From positions 3,042 to 67,041 of IMG/VR virus record IMGVR_UViG_3300026078_000029: a stretch of 64,000 bases of DNA, one strand, 5' to 3'. The position numbers were made by a program, and so were the translations under genes. The notes under the pieces are model-generated. The model did not search any database, was not told the DNA's origin, and saw only the letters and a program-made list of their open reading frames with translations. Origin of the DNA: a virus. Numbering within the stretch: position 1 is the stretch's first letter; each line of letters begins with the position of its first letter. This document shows, piece after piece, positions 1-10,255 of the stretch.

Positions 1-1
1 T

Positions 2-2575
2 GCTAAATTAGACGCTGCAAGCGATAATTTACAGAAGATAGAGGAAGTGTCGCGCAAAGTTGGCTCAAAGACCTCGGCAGGCTTAAACGCCCGTAAAATG
101 ATGATACGGGATGATATGTCATTGGCTAACTTGGAAACAAAGAAGCGGGTGGCTTTGGGGCGTAAATTGACGACTGAGGAACGGGAGGATTTGCGTAAAG
201 TACATGAGGAGTACCATAAGCGCGAAAAGGAATATCAGGCTATCATTGATAAACTAACGCAAAAAAACCGTGATTTACAGGAACGGCAGGCGATTGAGAA
301 GTTGAAGGCTGAGGCGCGTAAGGAAGCTCGTACCAAACGCAGCGAGTCGCGTGGTGAAAACCGTGAAAAGTTGGTTCAGGATATTCGCGCTAAGTTAAAG
401 ATTGCGCGTACTTCTGAGCGACTTAACGTTTCCATACCATTTGCGCAGCAGGTAGCGGAACTATACAAAATTTCACCTGAACTGGCAAAGTTGGCGAAGT
501 CCTACATTGCAGAGGGTATCGATAAGTTGGAAGATCTGGTTGATAAGATACATGAGCAGTTGTCGGAGTATGACAAACGTGCTATTCGTGATGCGCTGAG
601 TGGCTACGGTAAACCAGTAGAGCGCGAAACAAAGCCTGAATCGCAGGCTAAATTGGACGCCTTAAAAACGCAGGCTAAGTTGCTGTCCAAGCTAGAGGAC
701 TTGCAGGCGAAGGAATATAAAGCACCTGAACGTAAAAAGGCGCAAATCAGCGCTGAAATAGCAGACCTGAAAAAGCAGGTTCGCGAGCTTATGCAGCCTG
801 ATATTTCACTCAAAGCCATCAAAACACGTACAGCTAACCAAATCAAAGAATATCAGCGCAGGTTGGCAGAGAAAGATTTTGAGTCTGCACTGAAAAGACC
901 ACCTACAGAACTTGACCCTGAAGCTATTAAGGCTAAGGCTGACTTGGAGCGGGTGCGAGATGAGTTTAACGCTGAACTGGAAAAAGACAGGTTAGCTAAT
1001 CGTGGCAATTGGGAGAAAGGATGGGATAAATTTTTAAAGTACCGTCGTGCTGAATTACTTCTCAACCTTTCAGGCGCGGCAAAGGTTGGTATGGCTTCTA
1101 TGTACCGTATCGTGAGCCAGCCATTACATGAGTTGGTTGGTTCAGTAGAACGGCAAGTGCCGGGACTAAAACAAATTGCTGAAAAAGCACCACGTGAGGG
1201 CTATGGTTTTGTGCCGGATGTGGAATGGAAGGCGCTTAAAACTGTTTGGAATGCTGATACGATTGCCGAAGTAAAAAAGAAGTTTAAGGGGCAGTTGGAC
1301 AATTTGGACACAGCCTTTGGTGATAAAAAAGAGCACTATGATGTTGATAGGTTACTTGACTTAGCAGGTAACATACACGCGGCCGAAAAAGAATTTGCCA
1401 AACAAAATGAGTTTAGACGTAGTGTCCTATTACGAACTAAGTACGCGGAAGAACATGGTGTCGACACAGGAAATCCATTCGTTCAGCTTCAAATAGGCAT
1501 CTCAGCATTGAAAGACGCCAACAGGCAGATATTTATGGCGGATAATGTGGCGACATCTGCGTACAGAGGGCTGTTGAGTTTGTTGGAAAGCAAATCATCC
1601 GAAACAAAATTTGGTAAAACGGCTAAAATAAGTGCAGGTATATTAAAACTTATGCTGCCAATAGTTAAAGTGCCTACTAACTACTTGATTGAAAAGGCTC
1701 AATATACACCGATATTAGGCGCTTTAAAGGCGGTTAATATCATGCGAAAAGGATTGGAAAAAATGACGCCCGATCAGGCAGACTATGTGATACGTATAAT
1801 GAAAAAGCAGGGTATTGGTGCAGGATTAGTTGCTATGGGGTATGCGCTTCCTGGTAACTTTGGCGGATTTTATATTCCTGGTAAAAAACGTGACGAGAAT
1901 GATGCTTTGGCCGCCAACGATGTATCGATATTAGGAGTTAAAATACCACACTTTTTAACACATACGCCATTGCTTACGCTTTTGCAGTTAGGCGCTACAA
2001 TAAGACGTGCAGCCGCAGGTGATGTGGCTATGGGAACAGCTAATGATTTTGCTGAAAGTACGCCTTTTTACGAAACACCAAAAGAGGCTGTAAAAGCTAT
2101 GGAAAATAGCAATAGCATGCAGCAATTCATAGGGAACACGTTACGGGGTCTTATCGTGCCTAATATGGTGTCACAGGTTGCTGAACATTATGATACAGAT
2201 GAAGAAGGGAATCAGGTCAAACGTGCGCCTAAGTCTGTTTTGCAAGGTATAGAGTCCGGAATTCCAGGATTGAGAGAACAAGTTTCTATCAAAAATCCTC
2301 ATCCGGGGTTTGATAAGATTATGATTGGTGACCATGAATACAAACTCAACAACCAACAGATACAGGAACGTCAAAAGTTCTACGAGGACTTTATGAAAAC
2401 AGAAGGCGCTAAAGCTATCAAGTTGGAGATAGCCAAAACGACCAATAAAGTCGAAAAAGAAAAGCTAACCAAGCGGCTTAAATCGATGGCGTCAAAAGTT
2501 AGTAAGCGAAAACTTGAGGCTAAGTACCACAATTCGGAAACAGGTGGATATGATTTTCAGGATGTGGAGGAATAA
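2..2575 (+). CDS. C-terminal part of a very large helical virion/ejected protein (5'-truncated)
   Basis: Frame is open from base 2; K/E/R-rich coiled coil followed by hydrophobic Gly/Ala segments typical of large injected proteins; would follow the ejection genes at the window end if the genome is circularly continuous. Confidence 0.6.
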   Translation, partial: AKLDAASDNLQKIEEVSRKVGSKTSAGLNARKMMIRDDMSLANLETKKRVALGRKLTTEEREDLRKVHEEYHKREKEYQAIIDKLTQKNRDLQERQAIEKLKAEARKEARTKRSESRGENREKLVQDIRAKLKIARTSERLNVSIPFAQQVAELYKISPELAKLAKSYIAEGIDKLEDLVDKIHEQLSEYDKRAIRDALSGYGKPVERETKPESQAKLDALKTQAKLLSKLEDLQAKEYKAPERKKAQISAEIADLKKQVRELMQPDISLKAIKTRTANQIKEYQRRLAEKDFESALKRPPTELDPEAIKAKADLERVRDEFNAELEKDRLANRGNWEKGWDKFLKYRRAELLLNLSGAAKVGMASMYRIVSQPLHELVGSVERQVPGLKQIAEKAPREGYGFVPDVEWKALKTVWNADTIAEVKKKFKGQLDNLDTAFGDKKEHYDVDRLLDLAGNIHAAEKEFAKQNEFRRSVLLRTKYAEEHGVDTGNPFVQLQIGISALKDANRQIFMADNVATSAYRGLLSLLESKSSETKFGKTAKISAGILKLMLPIVKVPTNYLIEKAQYTPILGALKAVNIMRKGLEKMTPDQADYVIRIMKKQGIGAGLVAMGYALPGNFGGFYIPGKKRDENDALAANDVSILGVKIPHFLTHTPLLTLLQLGATIRRAAAGDVAMGTANDFAESTPFYETPKEAVKAMENSNSMQQFIGNTLRGLIVPNMVSQVAEHYDTDEEGNQVKRAPKSVLQGIESGIPGLREQVSIKNPHPGFDKIMIGDHEYKLNNQQIQERQKFYEDFMKTEGAKAIKLEIAKTTNKVEKEKLTKRLKSMASKVSKRKLEAKYHNSETGGYDFQDVEE

Positions 2576-2581
2576 AACACT

Positions 2582-2812
2582 TCATCTTCTAAACTTTAAA
2601 TCAATATCCCTAATATTAGCCAACACACTTTCTCTTGTATAGCCTTTACCAAGATGGTAAACAACTTGCCCATCCTTGCTGTCTATAGCAAACGAGCCTC
2701 TTGAATCCAATTCATTTCTAATCAAGTCGGATGTTCTAAAATCTCTGTTTTCCCGCGCGGATATGCGCATATCGGTTAACTCGTCGGTTAAGAAGTCTTT
2801 GAAGTTTTCCAT
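2582..2812 (-). CDS. Stand-alone cysteinyl-tRNA synthetase C-terminal (anticodon-binding-like) domain protein
   Basis: R-x-x-AR-x-x-RDF-x-x-SDLIRNEL-x-x-RG-x-x-x-x-D-x-x-DG matches the CysS C-terminal motif. Confidence 0.6.
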   Translation of the reverse strand: MENFKDFLTDELTDMRISARENRDFRTSDLIRNELDSRGSFAIDSKDGQVVYHLGKGYTRESVLANIRDIDLKFRR

Positions 2813-3180
2813 AATTCTATTTCAAGTTCTTTACCGGTCAAAGCGAAGTAAAGGTTTTGGAATTGGTGAAGGTATTTAATCTTAATATCCTGGCCAGTAA
2901 TAGCGTGATAAAATGATTTGTTTTTATATATCAAACGCAGTTCTGATATATCATAGTAACACTCGTTGCCAAATTGTACCCTATCAAAAAACGTCTGATT
3001 AATTTTTTTAATATCTAATTTCTCTAATATTTCAGGCGTCAATGGTATTCCCTCAATATCTTCAAAGTTATCGAATCCCCAATTATTACTGCATATCATA
3101 AAATCTGAAATAGATGTTACTTTTAGTAACTGTCCTGGAGTTTTAATCCAGTTGCCTATTCTTAATTCGTTCGCTTCCAT
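2788..3180 (-). CDS. Conserved Bacteroidota phage protein (YopX-like)
   Basis: MEANELRIGNW, IPLTPEILEK and IKYLHQFQNLYFALTGKEL motifs. Confidence 0.6.
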   Translation of the reverse strand: MEANELRIGNWIKTPGQLLKVTSISDFMICSNNWGFDNFEDIEGIPLTPEILEKLDIKKINQTFFDRVQFGNECYYDISELRLIYKNKSFYHAITGQDIKIKYLHQFQNLYFALTGKELEIELWKTSKTS

Positions 3181-3261
3181 AATCCATATTGCTTTCCTCA
3201 AATTTAAACGCAAAAAACCGTATATCCAAATTCCCTATATTTACCCCTAAACAATAAGACA

Positions 3262-3600
3262 ATGGCAACAGTATTAGCGGGTAATAAGAACAATATTTAC
3301 ACTTGGGCTTTAAGCACCTCAGCAAAGACCTTAACGTTTTCTAATATCACTGGCTTTGACCTTGAAATGTCTTCATTGCAAAGCGTGTGGAGTGTTACAG
3401 CAAATAAGTATTTGACTTTGGGGGTAAATGTTGTTTCGTGTGCCATTGTGTATGCAGCGGGGTTGCCTACCTATGTTTATACATTTACGGCGATTGACTC
3501 AGGGATAGCCAATTCTGACACTCTGATAATAAGGCTCCAAATTCCTGATGCGTATTTAGACTATTCAGTACTCCTATACATTGCTGGCGCAACTATTTAA
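3262..3600 (+). CDS. Putative virion structural protein
   Basis: Thr/Ser/Val-rich beta-type protein heading the tail operon, downstream of TATATTTAC promoter-like box. Confidence 0.45.
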   Translation: MATVLAGNKNNIYTWALSTSAKTLTFSNITGFDLEMSSLQSVWSVTANKYLTLGVNVVSCAIVYAAGLPTYVYTFTAIDSGIANSDTLIIRLQIPDAYLDYSVLLYIAGATI

Positions 3601-3611
3601 ACTATTAAGAA

Positions 3612-4070
3612 ATGGCAGTAGTAGCATCCATGTCGGTAAGTTCCAATGCAGCAGGCACAGTGCTGACCTTAAGCGACACGTCAACTGGTTTGGGTACAGT
3701 ATCAGCCCGTACATTCACCATATACAATTCATTAGGTGATTTGGTGCAGGTGATAGATTCGCCTACATCCGCCACAGCAGACTACGCAGTTACCGCAGAT
3801 GCTTATTGGTCATTCACGCTTGATGTTACCGATAATACAGGGACTTATCAGGCCGTGCGGAACTATTTAGCTAACGGCATCTATTTAAGCACATACGTGA
3901 ATGTCATAGCCCAATTAGGTTGTAGCTGCAATTGCGGTAGCGAGCAACTTACTTACGCCGATATTGCTGAATTGTATAACACATCGGCGTTACGCCTCGC
4001 TTTAGGTGGCTTCGGAAATGCCGCAAATAACGCCATTGTTGCCGCAAACGCTATAATTACAGGAAGCTAA
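3612..4070 (+). CDS. Putative tail/collar structural protein
   Basis: Ig-like N-terminal part plus CSCNC motif and helical C-terminus; coupled to next gene. Confidence 0.45.
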   Translation: MAVVASMSVSSNAAGTVLTLSDTSTGLGTVSARTFTIYNSLGDLVQVIDSPTSATADYAVTADAYWSFTLDVTDNTGTYQAVRNYLANGIYLSTYVNVIAQLGCSCNCGSEQLTYADIAELYNTSALRLALGGFGNAANNAIVAANAIITGS

Positions 4071-4843
4071 TGCCATCAGCGCAATCCATAGAAAATACCT
4101 TACTAAGTGCAAGTTTGCTCATGGCAAATCAGTGTACCGCTAATTTGGTGCAATTGAGTGTTGGTAATGATGAATTGAGTTGGGCAAGCATACGGAGGTT
4201 AAACAGGAATATTAATGCGCTTCAATACCAGTATAACACAGGCCAGTACGACGCAACGACTACGGTGGCCTTATACAACTGCCTTAACAGTTTAGTAGGC
4301 TTCGACACGACGATAAATAATCTTGACCCTAACTTCCAAAATTCAACTGTAGTGTATGATGTTACTGCGGTAACTAACGCGCAGGCTAATTATGACAGAA
4401 TTATATTTGAGAATGTCGATACGGTATCTTTAAGTGATTTTCAAGCGACCTACGTTGATAGATATGGCGATAATGCTATTGTTGAGCTTTTTGTGACTAC
4501 AGACGCATTTGCTACAGTGCAGCAAGATACGGGGACAGTGCCGACAATAGTAAATTTAGGCGGTGACGTAAATAAACCCGATAGTTATACTTGGACTTTT
4601 GGCATGCCGACTACCGGATATATACAAATAACAGGTTTTGTGCCGGAAAGCGCAAATATCGTTTCACCACCAATCACTAATACAAGCTCAGTATTGCTTG
4701 ACAATGCCACGTTAAATGGGTTATATCCAACCGCACTTTGGGGGCAACTCATATTATTGCCAAACGTGCCTGCTAAATACGAAAAACTTGATAATTCATC
4801 AACAGGACAATGGGACTTACAAACTTACACACCAAACTTATAG
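4070..4843 (+). CDS. Putative tail structural protein (fibre anchor?)
   Basis: TAATG coupling; composition and position before fibre genes. Confidence 0.4.
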   Translation: MPSAQSIENTLLSASLLMANQCTANLVQLSVGNDELSWASIRRLNRNINALQYQYNTGQYDATTTVALYNCLNSLVGFDTTINNLDPNFQNSTVVYDVTAVTNAQANYDRIIFENVDTVSLSDFQATYVDRYGDNAIVELFVTTDAFATVQQDTGTVPTIVNLGGDVNKPDSYTWTFGMPTTGYIQITGFVPESANIVSPPITNTSSVLLDNATLNGLYPTALWGQLILLPNVPAKYEKLDNSSTGQWDLQTYTPNL

Positions 4844-5946
4844 TCATACTTCTGTTGGTAACGTTGGGTGCGTCTGCCCAAACTACGATCATACCAGATA
4901 AGTTGCGCATTAAAACCGTTCCTCAATCACCTGTAAGCGGGGATATGATGGTTACTGTAGACGCGAGTGGTAATATCAAAAAAGACACTATTAAATCGGG
5001 TAGCACTACCACCCACTCACTGTCCTTCACATATGGATTTTTAGGGCAGCCTTTTTCCTTTAATGGCTCTGCGCCAGTCAGTAGTCAAATCGATACTACG
5101 AAGCTACAGACCATACTAAACTTTTTCCCAAAGGGAGATACGCGATACCTGAAAAGTTCAACAGCATCCACTACCTACGCTTTACAATCGACTACCATAA
5201 GCGCAGGAACGGGGCTAACTGGTGGCGGTTCGTTAGCGGCTAACAGGACTATTAGCAGTGATACATCCGTATTGAGGACAGTTGCTAACTCGTACTCGCT
5301 TTCAGGGATGCAGACGAAGTTGAATAACTATGCTTTACTGGCTTCTCCCGTACTTACAGGAACACCCACCGCTCCAACTGCCACAGTAGGAACAAATACT
5401 ACTCAGATAGCAACTACGGCTTTCGTATTGGCTAATTCAAGCACTGTTAGCGGGGCGAATCCTTCGGCGACAGCAGGTACAAGCGCTGTGAATGGATATG
5501 CTGCTACATTCATGCGTAGTGACGCTGCACCAAAGGTGGATAGTACGGTTTTTCAGACGGTAGCTAACTTCTTTCCAAAAGGGGATACACGGTACGCAAA
5601 GATAAGCGGCACGACAAACAATGTTAGTAGTATAAACGTACCGGGTTTAATTAATGTTAATCAATCCCTATCCTATAGTGTACCATCCGGTGGCGCTTTA
5701 TTAAGAATTAATCCATGGTCTTTTTATAGAACTGGAACTGGCTCTGTCGATGTGTCACTAACATATAATGATTTGGGCGGTTCGTCCCATACGGTATCTT
5801 TTGGAAGTATAAGTTCTGGCACTCCGGTTACTAATGCATCATCAACAATTATACAAGCTCAATCTTTAAGTACAATTCAAATATCTTGGACTGTTACTGG
5901 TACAATAACTTACGATGCGGCGGCTACAATTGAAAAATTACTGTAA
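4810..5946 (+). CDS. Tail-fibre-like protein with Sec signal peptide
   Basis: Signal peptide KLIVILLLVTLGASA/Q; phage fibre repeat ASPVLTGTPTAPTATVGTNTTQIATTAFV; AGTGLTGGGSLAANRTIS fibre motif; internal NFFPKGDTRY duplication. Confidence 0.7.
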   Translation: MGLTNLHTKLIVILLLVTLGASAQTTIIPDKLRIKTVPQSPVSGDMMVTVDASGNIKKDTIKSGSTTTHSLSFTYGFLGQPFSFNGSAPVSSQIDTTKLQTILNFFPKGDTRYLKSSTASTTYALQSTTISAGTGLTGGGSLAANRTISSDTSVLRTVANSYSLSGMQTKLNNYALLASPVLTGTPTAPTATVGTNTTQIATTAFVLANSSTVSGANPSATAGTSAVNGYAATFMRSDAAPKVDSTVFQTVANFFPKGDTRYAKISGTTNNVSSINVPGLINVNQSLSYSVPSGGALLRINPWSFYRTGTGSVDVSLTYNDLGGSSHTVSFGSISSGTPVTNASSTIIQAQSLSTIQISWTVTGTITYDAAATIEKLL

Positions 5947-8900
5947 ATGAAAAAGATTTTACTATATATACTGCTTTTACTACCTGCTTGGTGCTTCGCC
6001 CAACAAGCACAGCCCGTCAATCCTGTTCAAGTTACGCAGACTACGCTTTATAACGAGCCATCTACAGGCACTCGTTGGTGGTACAACGGTGCTACATTGG
6101 GTTGGTATCCGATATTTCCTTACAGTCCCCCAAATACCGTTCTAACTGGATTGGGAATGTCAGTAGTTTCGAGTACTCTGACTGTAGCTACTGGCACTTG
6201 GCGCATAAATAGTCAGGTTTACTCTTTATCTTCGCCTGCCAACTTTACATTACAAGCAAGAGACACCATTTATTCACGATACGAGACGGTATATGCTATT
6301 AAAGCGAATAATGGGATAGGGATAAAAGTAGGTCAGCTTTCTCCTACGCCCATACAGCCAACGGTAGGTGCTGATAGCCTTGTTGTTGGAGCGGCACTGA
6401 TTACACCCACTGTCACTATAGTTATTCCACCAGGGCCTTCCAATCAATTTGTATTCGCTATTCCGGGAGTGCAACAAAGCTACGCCAATCCTTGGGTAAG
6501 AACATTGAGAGCAGATACCATTAAAGTAGCAGGTAAATATATCTTTCCAAGCGTAGACGGCACATCAGCGCAGGTATTGCAAACGGATGGCTCGGGGCAT
6601 CTGTACTGGTCAAGTCAGGCAATCTATACGCCGGGATTTGGGTTAAATTTGAATGCGCAGGCATTTAGTGTAGATACAACTAAGATTGTAACCCTAACGG
6701 CAATGCTGGACACACTGCACAATAATGCAGCTCACTTTGACACTACCCAATTCAGCGTTGTGAATGATACGATACATTGTATAGCGTGTGGAGTTTCCGG
6801 CCCGACCATCTATACTGGTGACGGAACGTTAGCGTCAGATCGAACAGTTGCATTGAATAACCACTTCTTACAATTTACCGATACAAATTCGGGATATACA
6901 GGTAATTATAATTTCGGGAATAGTGGTTTTGTTGCTCATATAGATAATGGATCTGATAACGCCGAATTTAGTAGTTCTTCTGGCCCCGTGTCTGCCACCC
7001 TTGAGATAAATACCTTAAACCTGTCAAGCGGTAGAGGGTCATCTATACTTATGGGTAATTCCAATGACGGCATGAATATCCAACATCAGGACTACACATC
7101 AGGTCATCCCGTGCAAATTAGGTTAGGTGGAGACGGTCTCAGCGCATCGAATGCTATAGATAGTACTGGCATCCGGTATACATCATACACTGACTATTGG
7201 AGAGCCGACTCACTCACCTTAATGCCTAAACAATGGATTGAGGCTTATGTAGCTGCGCATAGCGGCGGCACAACTACAAATGCCGTTACTTTTAATAATT
7301 CAGGATCAGGAGCAGCAAGCGGAACTACATTCGATGGGTCATCAGCAAAAACGATAAGCTATAATACCATAGGCGCTCAGCAGACTTTAACGCTAACCAC
7401 AACGGGGACAAGCGGTGCGGCCACGTTGGTTAGTGGTACTTTAAATATACCGCAATATAGCGGAGCCACGGCAGGAAATCCGACCGGGTTACTAACCTTT
7501 ACAGCCGCAAACGGTACGGCCTCAACCTATAAGCGTTCAGACGGCCTAAATGCTATAGATAGTACGGTTGTAGCCAGTTATGCCAACCACCCTACCTTCG
7601 CACAATTACAGACGAAGGTAAATGGATATGTACCAACGTCTACAACAGTTGCGGGCTTCGCTCTTTCGTCAAATGTTACGTTAGCCAACCATGCACCTGG
7701 ATTCGGACTTTCGGGTTCTAACTACAATGGATCGGGGGCGCAGACGTGGATTGTCGATACTACGGCGATAGCTACTCCGTACTACGTGAAATGGGTGGCT
7801 GGCCCTGACGGCATTGTGAGCGGCATGTCTCCAACGACCATAAGCGGAACAACAGCTACTGTGCCATCCGGTGTATACAGGCTGAACAACTTGCTGATCA
7901 CTAAAGCTAGCAGCACGAATGTGACCATCGATGCGCAGGACGCTACTTTGAACAGGTATGATTTGATTGTTGGCGACGCATCTGGAGTACTGACTAAGGT
8001 ATCCGGTACACTTGGCACTGATGCTGCGCAGCCGGATGTCCCTGCAAATAAGGCACTGATAGCGTATATCTATATCCCTGCTACGGGCGGAACTGTAGTG
8101 AGCGGTGGAGGCGGCGGTAAAGGAACGACACAAAATGCACTTAGTGGCGGGTACGGAGTTGTACCGTTTACCTTCAATGGCGGTACGGCGGGAATCAAGG
8201 TAGTTGTGGATACGACGAGTTCAACAGGGTTGGTAAGCAAGGGGAGGTTGGCTACTAATTTAGGTGGCTATGTAAAAAGCGTTTCGGTAGCCTCTGCAAA
8301 CGGGCTAAGCGGCACTTCATCAGGTGGACAAACGCCATCGTTAACATTAACGTTAAGCACGATCAAACCTAACGTTGTCGCTCAAACTCCTGTGGGTACA
8401 GCAGGAACAGACTCTGTGATGGTAAAGCATAGTGATGGGACTATTAAAGCTATTAGCCCGACTTATTATGGGACGGGCGGAGGGTCTACTCTTACTTTTG
8501 GAACACACCTAACCAGCGGTGGCGCTTCTTATAACGGCTCTGCGCCGGTAACGATTACTTCTGATGCAACTAATGCAGCCACCGCAAGCACTATCATGTC
8601 CCGTGACGCAAATGCAAATGTAAATGCTAATAATTTAATATATAATTATACAACAACCGCGACAACAAATACTACTACCACATTAACTGTTTCGTCTGCC
8701 AAATTACAATATTTTACAGGGACACAGGCGCAAACCGTAGTGCTACCGAATGTATCCACTCTAGTCGTGGGTATGCGATATGAAATAGTTAGTCTACTGA
8801 CGGGGACTTCAACTATAAATGTACAATCATCTGGCGGTAATGCAATTGTATCCATAGCGGCAAATAACAATGCCGTTTTTACGGTAATAAGTACATCTGG

Positions 8901-9690
8901 AACCGGCGCATCTAGTTGGGCTTTTCAATATTTCCCATCTTTAGATAATACAGGATTATTAAATATAAATTCGTTAAATGCTTCTACGCAAATTGTTTCA
9001 GGATATATACTGGCTACATCAGCTCTTGAAACAGCAGGGAATCCAGCGAATACAAACTTCATGGCCACTGGTGGTGGCAGTATGGGAAGTGACAATACAA
9101 ATCCTACTTTCGGAGGGGCAACAAAAACATCTCAAAGAGTGATGTTTAATGGAGGCAGCACCGGAACTGTTCCCAATACAGATAATTATGCCAATGTAAT
9201 ATTTGGGTCTACGCCATTTTCAGTGGCCAATGCAACAACTATTCCATGGGGGACAAATGTAGCTATAAAAGCACCCGGAACAATAACGCTTTCAGGTACC
9301 GGTACTGTGACCAATACAGCTTCTCTATACATTGATGGAGTAAGTTCTACAGGAACAAATAATTATGCTGTATATGTAGCAAGCGGTAACACTAACGTAG
9401 CGTCATTAAACACCGCTTTTGTTTCTAAATCGGCAAATTATACGTTAACAGACAATGACTATAGCGTTCTATCGAGCGGAAGCGGAACAACTATCACATT
9501 ACCTACAGCAGTAGGCAGATTAGGGCGAATATATACGATTAAACGAAACGACGGTACTAATACACAGACAGTAGGAACAACAAGTTCCCAAACTATTGAT
9601 GGTTCAACAACTTATTCGCTTTCAGCGGATAAAAAATATGTTACCGTTCAAAGTGATAATGCAAACTGGTGGATTATAGCAAATAATTAA
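5947..9690 (+). CDS. Long tail-fibre-like/adhesin protein with Sec signal peptide
   Basis: MKKILLYILLLLPAWCFA/Q; fibre motifs DGTSAQVLQTDGSGHLYW and a C-terminal ITLPTAVG...YTIKR...TIDG...VQSDNANW domain; Gly/Thr/Ser-rich. Confidence 0.7.
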   Translation: MKKILLYILLLLPAWCFAQQAQPVNPVQVTQTTLYNEPSTGTRWWYNGATLGWYPIFPYSPPNTVLTGLGMSVVSSTLTVATGTWRINSQVYSLSSPANFTLQARDTIYSRYETVYAIKANNGIGIKVGQLSPTPIQPTVGADSLVVGAALITPTVTIVIPPGPSNQFVFAIPGVQQSYANPWVRTLRADTIKVAGKYIFPSVDGTSAQVLQTDGSGHLYWSSQAIYTPGFGLNLNAQAFSVDTTKIVTLTAMLDTLHNNAAHFDTTQFSVVNDTIHCIACGVSGPTIYTGDGTLASDRTVALNNHFLQFTDTNSGYTGNYNFGNSGFVAHIDNGSDNAEFSSSSGPVSATLEINTLNLSSGRGSSILMGNSNDGMNIQHQDYTSGHPVQIRLGGDGLSASNAIDSTGIRYTSYTDYWRADSLTLMPKQWIEAYVAAHSGGTTTNAVTFNNSGSGAASGTTFDGSSAKTISYNTIGAQQTLTLTTTGTSGAATLVSGTLNIPQYSGATAGNPTGLLTFTAANGTASTYKRSDGLNAIDSTVVASYANHPTFAQLQTKVNGYVPTSTTVAGFALSSNVTLANHAPGFGLSGSNYNGSGAQTWIVDTTAIATPYYVKWVAGPDGIVSGMSPTTISGTTATVPSGVYRLNNLLITKASSTNVTIDAQDATLNRYDLIVGDASGVLTKVSGTLGTDAAQPDVPANKALIAYIYIPATGGTVVSGGGGGKGTTQNALSGGYGVVPFTFNGGTAGIKVVVDTTSSTGLVSKGRLATNLGGYVKSVSVASANGLSGTSSGGQTPSLTLTLSTIKPNVVAQTPVGTAGTDSVMVKHSDGTIKAISPTYYGTGGGSTLTFGTHLTSGGASYNGSAPVTITSDATNAATASTIMSRDANANVNANNLIYNYTTTATTNTTTTLTVSSAKLQYFTGTQAQTVVLPNVSTLVVGMRYEIVSLLTGTSTINVQSSGGNAIVSIAANNNAVFTVISTSGTGASSWAFQYFPSLDNTGLLNINSLNASTQIVSGYILATSALETAGNPANTNFMATGGGSMGSDNTNPTFGGATKTSQRVMFNGGSTGTVPNTDNYANVIFGSTPFSVANATTIPWGTNVAIKAPGTITLSGTGTVTNTASLYIDGVSSTGTNNYAVYVASGNTNVASLNTAFVSKSANYTLTDNDYSVLSSGSGTTITLPTAVGRLGRIYTIKRNDGTNTQTVGTTSSQTIDGSTTYSLSADKKYVTVQSDNANWWIIANN

Positions 9691-9691
9691 C

Positions 9692-10057
9692 ATGAAAAAA
9701 TACATCACATTATTATTCCTGATAGCAGCTATCGGAGCAAGTGCGCAGACAAGGGTCACAAGCGTGGCTTTAGGCGATCAGATATGGCTACCGAGGGGCG
9801 CAGTTGAAATAGCACCTATTCCTATAAATATGGCAAAGGATTCTGTTAGAACGATGTCATATACCTTTCTTTCTCCGCGCGATACAACAGCCGTAACTAT
9901 AATAAGTGTTTTTGGTTATGATAAAAATGGAACAGCTATTTATAACACACAAATTTCATTAGTGGGTACAGCGTACCACAAATGGAAGTCGCTTATTACC
10001 CCTTTGGATAGCTACATATCCACACAGCTTAAACGAATAACTCAGTTAACCCAATGA
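9692..10057 (+). CDS. Small secreted protein (possible fibre chaperone)
   Basis: MKKYITLLFLIAAIGASA/Q signal peptide; directly follows fibre gene. Confidence 0.55.
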   Translation: MKKYITLLFLIAAIGASAQTRVTSVALGDQIWLPRGAVEIAPIPINMAKDSVRTMSYTFLSPRDTTAVTIISVFGYDKNGTAIYNTQISLVGTAYHKWKSLITPLDSYISTQLKRITQLTQ

Positions 10058-10248
10058 CCTTCACCACCATCATACAAGCCATCGACCCGCATACAGGCGA
10101 ATTCGCGGAGTACGCAGGCCCACTGATTGAGGCTGATAGTTGGGAGCAGGCACAGTTACGATGCGACACGCTTGGGTTAGGCTATTGCAAGGTTGATGGA
10201 GAATTTACAGGAGAACATACACATATTTTTAAACACGAACTAAATTAA
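10054..10248 (+). CDS. Hypothetical phage protein
   Basis: ATGA overlap; 64-aa ORF. Confidence 0.5.
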   Translation: MTFTTIIQAIDPHTGEFAEYAGPLIEADSWEQAQLRCDTLGLGYCKVDGEFTGEHTHIFKHELN

Positions 10249-10255
10249 AATCACA

